Source: Actinomycetes bacterium
Lineage (GTDB): Bacteria > Actinomycetota > Actinomycetes > Nanopelagicales > Nanopelagicaceae
Assembly (NCBI GenBank): GCA_025355805.1
Contig: JANXYY010000070.1
Span: 1-50,152 of the forward strand
Direction: 5' to 3'
Length of the DNA stretch: 50,152 bases
Positions within the stretch are counted from its first letter, which is position 1. Each line of letters opens with the position of its first letter. Shown in pieces: positions 31,946 through 38,156 of the stretch. The translations under genes were made by a program, and so were the position numbers. The notes below the pieces were generated by a model that worked only from the letters and a program-made list of their open reading frames with translations, did no database searches and had not been told where the DNA came from.

Positions 31946-32896
31946 GTGCGACTTCTAATTGCTCTAGGCGGGAACGCGATGACCGCACCCGACGGCGGCG
32001 CCAGACCGATTGATCAAGAGCGAGCGATAACCACTGCCATGGAACATGTGGCAGATTTGATCGCCGAGGGCTATCAAGTTCTCTTGACTCACGGTAATGG
32101 ACCTCAGGTCGGAAATCTGCTCGTTAAAAATGAAATTGCGGCGAGTGTGGTCCCGCCAGTACCCCTCGATTGGTGCGGGGCACAGACGCAAGGAACGATT
32201 GCCCTCTTGATAATGAATGCACTTGATGGTGCGCTCGCCGCTCGAGGACTCAAAGGTCGTTCTGCTGGTTTAGTTTCGCGCACACTGATCGATCCAGCTG
32301 ATCCTGGATTTGCAAACCCGAGCAAGCCAATTGGGCGCTATCTGCCAAAGTTGGAAGCCGAGAAGTTGGCGATCCATGGTCAGATTTGGGAAGACCGTGG
32401 TGAACGCGGTTGGCGCCGAGTTGTTGCCTCTCCTCAGCCTCTGGAAATTTTAGAAGTTGACGCGATCAAACAACTTATGGCCGGGGGATTTCTGGTCATC
32501 GCCGCCGGTGGCGGTGGAATCCCGGTGGTACGCGATGCGGCAGGCACCCTCAAAGGCGTCGAAGCGGTTCTCGATAAAGACCTAACGGCGGCGTTGCTGG
32601 CTCGCCAGGTTGAAGCGGACCTCTTGATTATTGCAACGGACGTACCAAACGCAGTTGTCGGTTGGGGTACGCCGCAGGCTCGCGCGATCGGTCGGATCTC
32701 GGTCGTCGAATTGCGAGCGCTAGCGGCAGAAGGGTATTTCGCAAGCGGGAGCATGGGTCCAAAGGTCGAGGCGGCTTGTCGGTTTGCCGAAGGCGGTGGC
32801 GTTAGTGTGGTGACCTCGCTAGATCAAATTCGAAACGCGGTTACGAGTGTCGAAATCGCTCGATTCGATGTTGGAACCATCGTTGTTGCTAGTTAG
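31946..32896 (+). CDS. arcC: Carbamate kinase
   Basis: Carbamate kinase motifs are present along the whole length: LIALGGNAM, THGNGPQVGN, KPIGRY, GERGWRRVVASPQP, GGGGIPVV, KGVEAVLDKD and FASGSMGPKVEAA. I prefer GTG 31946 over the track's TTG 31913 on N-terminal length. Confidence 0.88.
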   Translation: MRLLIALGGNAMTAPDGGARPIDQERAITTAMEHVADLIAEGYQVLLTHGNGPQVGNLLVKNEIAASVVPPVPLDWCGAQTQGTIALLIMNALDGALAARGLKGRSAGLVSRTLIDPADPGFANPSKPIGRYLPKLEAEKLAIHGQIWEDRGERGWRRVVASPQPLEILEVDAIKQLMAGGFLVIAAGGGGIPVVRDAAGTLKGVEAVLDKDLTAALLARQVEADLLIIATDVPNAVVGWGTPQARAIGRISVVELRALAAEGYFASGSMGPKVEAACRFAEGGGVSVVTSLDQIRNAVTSVEIARFDVGTIVVAS

Positions 32897-32941
32897 ATTT
32901 AGTTAAATGAAGTTGCCATCCCGTAATCAGAAGGAGTAGTC

Positions 32942-34060
32942 GTGTCAGAGAAGCCGCAGGCTATTGAAGTCCGCAAAGTCGCGATCAAGCATGTAAGCGA
33001 TGCAAGCGGATTAGAAGAGCTCATCGATTCCGGGGTCATCGAAGCAGATCGAGTCGTTGCGATTATCGGCAAAACGGAGGGCAATGGCGGCGTGAACGAT
33101 TACACGCGAATCATTGCTGATCGAGTGTTTCGCGAAGTATTGGTGACTAAAGGAAGCCGTTCAGTCGCGGATGTTAAGCAAATTCCGATTGTTTGGTCGG
33201 GCGGAACCGATGGGGTTATTAGTCCGCATGCAACGATCTTCGCGACGGTATCGCCAGAGAAAACTATTAAGACTGACGAGCCTCGCGTCTCGGTTGGATT
33301 CGCCATGAGTGAGGCAATCCTGCCCGAAGAAATTGGCTATATGGGCATGGTAAACAAGGTTGCCGCAGCCGTAACGATCGCCATGGCGCGCGCTGGAATT
33401 ACTGACCCTGCCGATGTGCACTATGTACAGACAAAGACACCGCTACTCACAATCCATACGATTCTTGACGCACATAGTCGAGGCATGAAGGTATGGACCG
33501 AGAACACCCACGAGTCCATGGACCTCTCGAATGGGACAACGGGTCTTGGGGTTGCGCTCGCACTTGGTGAAGTTAAGAGTGTTAGCGACAGCGACATCAT
33601 GCACAATCGAGGCATCTTCTCCGCGGTCGCATCTTGCTCTTCTGGAGTGGAATTAGACCAGGCGCAGGTTGTGGTAGTCGGAAACGTGCGAGGTATCGGT
33701 GGGCGTTATCGAATCGGACATTCGGTGATGAAAGATGCACTTGATCAAGACGGAATTTGGGCCGCGATCAGAAGTGCTGGATTGGAATTACCAGAGCGTC
33801 CGCATCACACTGACCTCAAAGGACGACTCGTCAACGTCTTTCTCAAATGTGAGGTATCACCAGATGGAATCGTAAGAGGGCGACGCAATGCGATGCTCGA
33901 TGATTCAGACGTGCACTGGCACCGTCAGATTAAGGCGGCGGTTGGCGGAGTTGCGGCGGCGGTAACCGGCGATCCTGCGGTATTCGTCTCGGTGTCAGCA
34001 GTTCACCAAGGCCCGGCCGGCGGTGGCCCAGTGGCAGCGATTGTTGATTTGGGAGAGTGA
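32942..34060 (+). CDS. Ring-opening (cyclic amide) amidohydrolase, cyanuric acid hydrolase/barbiturase (AtzD/TrzD) family
   Basis: A 372-aa ORF that is colinear by eye with AtzD. Matching blocks are [69 protein letters not shown] and [12 protein letters not shown]. The GTG start at 32942 is preceded by GAAGGAG. Confidence 0.85.
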   Translation: MSEKPQAIEVRKVAIKHVSDASGLEELIDSGVIEADRVVAIIGKTEGNGGVNDYTRIIADRVFREVLVTKGSRSVADVKQIPIVWSGGTDGVISPHATIFATVSPEKTIKTDEPRVSVGFAMSEAILPEEIGYMGMVNKVAAAVTIAMARAGITDPADVHYVQTKTPLLTIHTILDAHSRGMKVWTENTHESMDLSNGTTGLGVALALGEVKSVSDSDIMHNRGIFSAVASCSSGVELDQAQVVVVGNVRGIGGRYRIGHSVMKDALDQDGIWAAIRSAGLELPERPHHTDLKGRLVNVFLKCEVSPDGIVRGRRNAMLDDSDVHWHRQIKAAVGGVAAAVTGDPAVFVSVSAVHQGPAGGGPVAAIVDLGE

Positions 34061-34755
34061 GGATTGCCGAACCTCTTTTTCCAAATGACGACGGGTCAGC
34101 AAATCCGCAACTAATCGCCGCGATGAGCGGCGGAGATCGGTATGAAATTGTCCGTGCCCTCGCCAAGGCTCGGGTGTTCATCGCGCTCCTGGCCAAACTC
34201 GAAAGCCCAGCGATCGAGACGCCTGGGGCAAAGATTCGGAGCGCTGACGCAGGGATCGAGCAAGAGAGCGAAGTGTCCCTGGCCTGGCTCGTCGATGGAT
34301 CAGTCAAGGCATTGCCAATATTCACCAGCATTGCAGCACTCAACGCTTGGAATGTGGTCGCGCGACCGCTTGGAGTCGAGGCCCAACGCGCTGCCGTGGT
34401 GGCCCTGGCAGATGGCGAAATCGCAGTTATGGATCCAGGCGGCAAACACCCCATCGAGATCGGGCCAAGCGCGCTCCGCTCGCTCGCACTGGGCTACGAA
34501 TATGTGCCCATCTCTGTTGACCCCGAAGTAAGGCGAGCTATCGAAGAAGCGCTCGAGGGGAGCCTGGACGGTGGGCAAAAGATTGATTTCTCCGTCTTTG
34601 GCGATTTTCCAGATGACTTCGTAATTACCCTGGCTGGACCAATCCCAGCACCAGATCATGCTCAGCTGAGCGCATTGGCGCGCCATCTGGCCGAGGACGC
34701 CCGTATTCGCCTGCGACTGGAGGCTGGGTTGCAGGTCAAGATCGCTACGCGATAG
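34057..34755 (+). CDS. SseB-family protein (function unknown)
   Basis: A 232-aa acidic protein with an SseB-like core ([15 protein letters not shown]...). Its GTG start overlaps the amidohydrolase stop (GTGA). The family assignment is by recollection and is not verified. Confidence 0.55.
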   Translation: MRIAEPLFPNDDGSANPQLIAAMSGGDRYEIVRALAKARVFIALLAKLESPAIETPGAKIRSADAGIEQESEVSLAWLVDGSVKALPIFTSIAALNAWNVVARPLGVEAQRAAVVALADGEIAVMDPGGKHPIEIGPSALRSLALGYEYVPISVDPEVRRAIEEALEGSLDGGQKIDFSVFGDFPDDFVITLAGPIPAPDHAQLSALARHLAEDARIRLRLEAGLQVKIATR

Positions 34756-34880
34756 CGGTTTGGAGACTTCCCTACCAACCGGGTAATATCACCGAAGTCT
34801 GGTCGACGTCTCTTGGCGTAGACCCGCAAGCGGAGAACCCTCCCACCTTCAAGACGATCAGTCTTGTTAGGTAAAGACAT

Positions 34881-34907
34881 CGGATCATAAAAAGATCCGT
34901 CGTTTTT
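34881..34907 (+). terminator. Terminator-like hairpin with U-run inside the infC leader (possible attenuator)
   Basis: The stem is CGGATC (34881-34886) paired with GATCCG (34894-34899), with loop ATAAAAA. It is followed by TCGTTTTTG. It sits about 75 nt upstream of the infC start. Confidence 0.3.
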
Positions 34908-34980
34908 GTGGGCTCCTCGCATGTGACGCGGGGAGTTTTCTTTTACCCCGGGGATGGCACCCGATGAAGAAGGAGCAAGC

Positions 34981-35580
34981 ATCAGCACTGAACCCCGCAT
35001 TAACGATCGGATCCGAGTTCCCGAGGTTCGCCTCGTGGGCCCTGAGGGTGAACAGATCGGCGTTGTCGCAATTGATGACGCTCTTCGAATGGCAGGAGAG
35101 TACGACCTCGACTTGGTTGAGGTAGCCCCCGATGCCAGACCACCGGTCTGCAAGATTATGGACTTTGGCAAGTTCAAATATGAATCTGCGCAGAAGGCTC
35201 GCGAAGCAAGAAAGAATCAGACGCACATCGTCGTCAAGGAAATGAAGCTCCGACCGAAGATCGATCCGCATGACTATGAAACCAAGAAAAGTCACGTGAT
35301 GAGGTTTTTGAAAGCGGGAGACAAGGTAAAGATCACGATCATGTTCCGCGGTCGCGAACAGTCGCGCCCCGAGTTGGGGTACCGACTCTTGCAGCGCTTG
35401 GCTGAGGACGTGGCCGAGATGGGCACCGTGGAGTTTGCTCCAAAGCAGGATGGTCGCAACATGGTGATGGTCATAGGGCCGTTGCGTGGAAGCGTCAAAC
35501 CGAGGGTCGTCGCAGAGTCAACAGCATCAATATCAAGGCCAGCCGCAACGGTTAGTTCAGATGACGCAGAGAGCGCATAG
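34981..35580 (+). CDS. infC: Translation initiation factor IF-3
   Basis: IF-3 N- and C-domains are present ([24 protein letters not shown]..., [32 protein letters not shown]). I place the start at the non-canonical AUC 34981, which has AAGGAG 5 nt upstream. The track's ATG 34954 has no SD and would add 9 atypical residues. Confidence 0.85.
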   Translation: MSTEPRINDRIRVPEVRLVGPEGEQIGVVAIDDALRMAGEYDLDLVEVAPDARPPVCKIMDFGKFKYESAQKAREARKNQTHIVVKEMKLRPKIDPHDYETKKSHVMRFLKAGDKVKITIMFRGREQSRPELGYRLLQRLAEDVAEMGTVEFAPKQDGRNMVMVIGPLRGSVKPRVVAESTASISRPAATVSSDDAESA

Positions 35581-35591
35581 AGGAGATCGAC

Positions 35592-35789
35592 ATGCCAAAG
35601 ATGAAAACACACAGTGGTGCGAAGAAACGTTTTCGCTTGACTGGCACCGGCAAAGTAATGCGCGAACGTGCAAATACACGCCACTTGCTTGAACACAAGT
35701 CATCACGTCGCACGCGTCGACTCGCCAACGACAGCCAGGTCAGCCCGGCTAATGCTAAAACCGCCAAACGGCTACTAGGCCTCAAGTAA
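35592..35789 (+). CDS. rpmI: 50S ribosomal protein L35
   Basis: A 65-aa ORF beginning [21 protein letters not shown], in the conserved infC-rpmI-rplT order. Confidence 0.95.
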   Translation: MPKMKTHSGAKKRFRLTGTGKVMRERANTRHLLEHKSSRRTRRLANDSQVSPANAKTAKRLLGLK

Positions 35790-35816
35790 TCGCCCGAACT
35801 GAAGGAGTGAATAACC

Positions 35817-36179
35817 ATGGCAAGAGTTAAACGGGCGGTTAACGCCCACAAGAAGCGTCGTACAACGTTAGAGCGCGCCAGCGGCTACCGCGGACAGCGC
35901 TCACGTCTTTACACGAAAGCAAAAGAGCAAGTCACGCATTCACTGGTCTACGCATTCAACGATCGTAAAGACAAGAAAGGCGATTTCCGGCAACTCTGGA
36001 TTCAGCGGATTAATGCTGGTGCGCGTGCAAACGACATGACTTACAACCGTTTTATCCAGGGCATGAAACTTGCGGGAATTGAAGTCGATCGTCGCGTCCT
36101 TGCTGATCTGGCAATTCACGATGCACCGGCCTTTGCCGTTCTTGTGGAACTTTCGCGTAAAGCAGTAGCTTCCATCTAG
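35817..36179 (+). CDS. rplT: 50S ribosomal protein L20
   Basis: A 120-aa ORF with [15 protein letters not shown]...[11 protein letters not shown]. Confidence 0.95.
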   Translation: MARVKRAVNAHKKRRTTLERASGYRGQRSRLYTKAKEQVTHSLVYAFNDRKDKKGDFRQLWIQRINAGARANDMTYNRFIQGMKLAGIEVDRRVLADLAIHDAPAFAVLVELSRKAVASI

Positions 36180-37022
36180 ATGACTGAGCAGAGTTCTGCT
36201 CGATCGGCTCGCAATCTTGGACCGACCAGCCCGCGTTCGGCGCGAGTGGTTGCGATTAGAGCGCTTAGTAAGCGCGCTGCACGTCGAGAGAGCGGGACTT
36301 TCTTGGCCGAGGGTCCCCAAGCGGTTCGTGAAGCACTTGTCTGGGGTCATGTCCGCGGAGAAGCGATTGCGATTTATGCAACTCAAGAGGCGCTGTCGAA
36401 ATTTGATTTTCTCGCTGCCTCAAGTGTGGAAGTGACCATCGTTGTCGAGGGAATTCTTAATGCGATGGCAGACACCGCAACCCCGCAAGGCGTAATTGCG
36501 ATTTGTCGGTTGCCACAGGACACTTTGGAATCGGTATTGAGTGCGCCTAATCCACGATTGTTGGCAATCTTGGTGAATGTCCGCGATCCCGGAAATCTGG
36601 GCACAGTCATTCGTTCGGCCGATGCCGCTGGCGCTGATGGTGTCATCACCAGCGCGGAAAGCGTCGATCCTTGGTCACCTAAAGCCGTCAGATCATCGGC
36701 TGGCTCCCTATGGCACCTTCCTGTTATTGCCGAGGCTGAATTGGCTAGCACGATAGCTGACGTCTCGGCGCGTGGGTTTCAAATATTTGCTGCCGACGCC
36801 GACGCCAGTGTTGATTTAGATGCCCTGGAGGCGGACGGCAAATTGGCAGGACCGACCGCTTGGCTACTTGGGAACGAGTCCAGAGGATTGACAGACCAAG
36901 TTCGAGCTCTGGCCGATTTGGTTGTATCGATCCCGATTTTCGGTGGAGCCGAGAGCCTAAATCTTTCGATGGCGGCGACGCTGGCGCTTTATTCAAGCGC
37001 ACGCGCACAACGTCGGGCCTAG
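36180..37022 (+). CDS. TrmH/SpoU-family RNA 2'-O-methyltransferase (TsnR-like)
   Basis: A 280-aa ORF with the SPOUT motifs DPGNLGTVIRSADAAG, LLGNESRGL and IPIFGGAESLNLSMAA. It holds the conserved position between rplT and pheS. Confidence 0.82.
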   Translation: MTEQSSARSARNLGPTSPRSARVVAIRALSKRAARRESGTFLAEGPQAVREALVWGHVRGEAIAIYATQEALSKFDFLAASSVEVTIVVEGILNAMADTATPQGVIAICRLPQDTLESVLSAPNPRLLAILVNVRDPGNLGTVIRSADAAGADGVITSAESVDPWSPKAVRSSAGSLWHLPVIAEAELASTIADVSARGFQIFAADADASVDLDALEADGKLAGPTAWLLGNESRGLTDQVRALADLVVSIPIFGGAESLNLSMAATLALYSSARAQRRA

Positions 37023-37061
37023 AATCAGAACGTCGCCAACGCAACGCCAGGGGAGTGCTTC

Positions 37062-38156
37062 TTGTCTGCGCCAAATAGCAAGTACGACCCAGTCGAGGTC
37101 GCATCTCTGCATCCAACTCAGATCGCGCAGATGGTTGAGGATGCTCTTCTTTCTTTCAGTGCCTCGACCAATCTGGAAGAGTTGAAAACCGCTCGCCTCG
37201 CCCATGCCGGAGATCGAGCGCCCCTCTCGTTGGCCAACCGCGAAATTGGCGCTTTACCGCCTGCGGCCAAAGCCGAGGCAGGTAAGCGAGTTGGCCAAGC
37301 TCGAGCCAGAATCAACGCGGCGTTGGAAGAGGCGACGATTCGGTTAGAAGAAGCACGCGACGCCCACGTGTTGATTGAAGAACGAGTCGACGTAACTTTG
37401 CCTTCTGCACGCAGGGCGCCCGGTGCTCGCCATCCGCTGACGACGATTCGCGAAAAGGTGGCTGAACTATTCATCGGTATGGGTTATGAAGTAGCAGAGG
37501 GTCCAGAACTTGAGGCAGAATGGTTTAACTTCGATGCCTTGAACATTGCAGCTGATCACCCGGCTCGTACTATGGCCGATACGTTCTTTGTTGACCCACC
37601 AGAGAATGGCTTAGTGCTTCGCACCCACACTTCTCCAGTGCAGGCGCGGACAATGCTTAGTCAGAAGCCTCCGATTTACGTGATCTGTCCTGGTCGTACC
37701 TATCGGACTGATGAATTGGATGCGACACACACCCCAGTTTTTAGCCAGGTTGAAGGATTGGTCATCGATCGGAATATTTCGATGGCGCATCTCAAGGGAA
37801 CCCTTGATCATTTTGCGACCTCAATGTTTGGTGAAGGAATTATCACTCGCCTCCGCCCATCGTTCTTTCCATTTACGGAGCCAAGCGCCGAAGTCGATCT
37901 GCGTTGTTTTGCGTGCCGTGGGGAAAACTTAGAATGTCGTGCTTGTGGGGGCGAAGGCTGGATCGAGTGGGGTGGGTGTGGAATGGTGAATCCGAAGGTC
38001 TTAATTGCCTGCGGCATCGACCCCTCTGAATTCTCGGGTTTTGCTTTCGGCATGGGTCTCGAGCGAACTTTGATGTTTAGGCATGGCGTGAAAGATATGC
38101 GTGACTTGGTCGAAGGCGACATCCGCTTCACAACCGCATTTGGGGTTGAGATCTAA
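37062..38156 (+). CDS. pheS: Phenylalanine--tRNA ligase alpha subunit
   Basis: A 364-aa ORF with class II motifs (HPLT, FRTHTSPVQ-like LRTHTSPVQAR, GRTYRTDELDATH, GFAFGMGLERT). The TTG start at 37062 is uncertain by a few codons. Confidence 0.92.
   Translation: MSAPNSKYDPVEVASLHPTQIAQMVEDALLSFSASTNLEELKTARLAHAGDRAPLSLANREIGALPPAAKAEAGKRVGQARARINAALEEATIRLEEARDAHVLIEERVDVTLPSARRAPGARHPLTTIREKVAELFIGMGYEVAEGPELEAEWFNFDALNIAADHPARTMADTFFVDPPENGLVLRTHTSPVQARTMLSQKPPIYVICPGRTYRTDELDATHTPVFSQVEGLVIDRNISMAHLKGTLDHFATSMFGEGIITRLRPSFFPFTEPSAEVDLRCFACRGENLECRACGGEGWIEWGGCGMVNPKVLIACGIDPSEFSGFAFGMGLERTLMFRHGVKDMRDLVEGDIRFTTAFGVEI

Noticed and set aside
34756-34953. A possible tRNA or small RNA gene in the long gap before infC.
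   Set aside because: There is no T-loop (GTTCRANYC) or D-loop signature and no cloverleaf. The structure fits an mRNA leader better (see finding).
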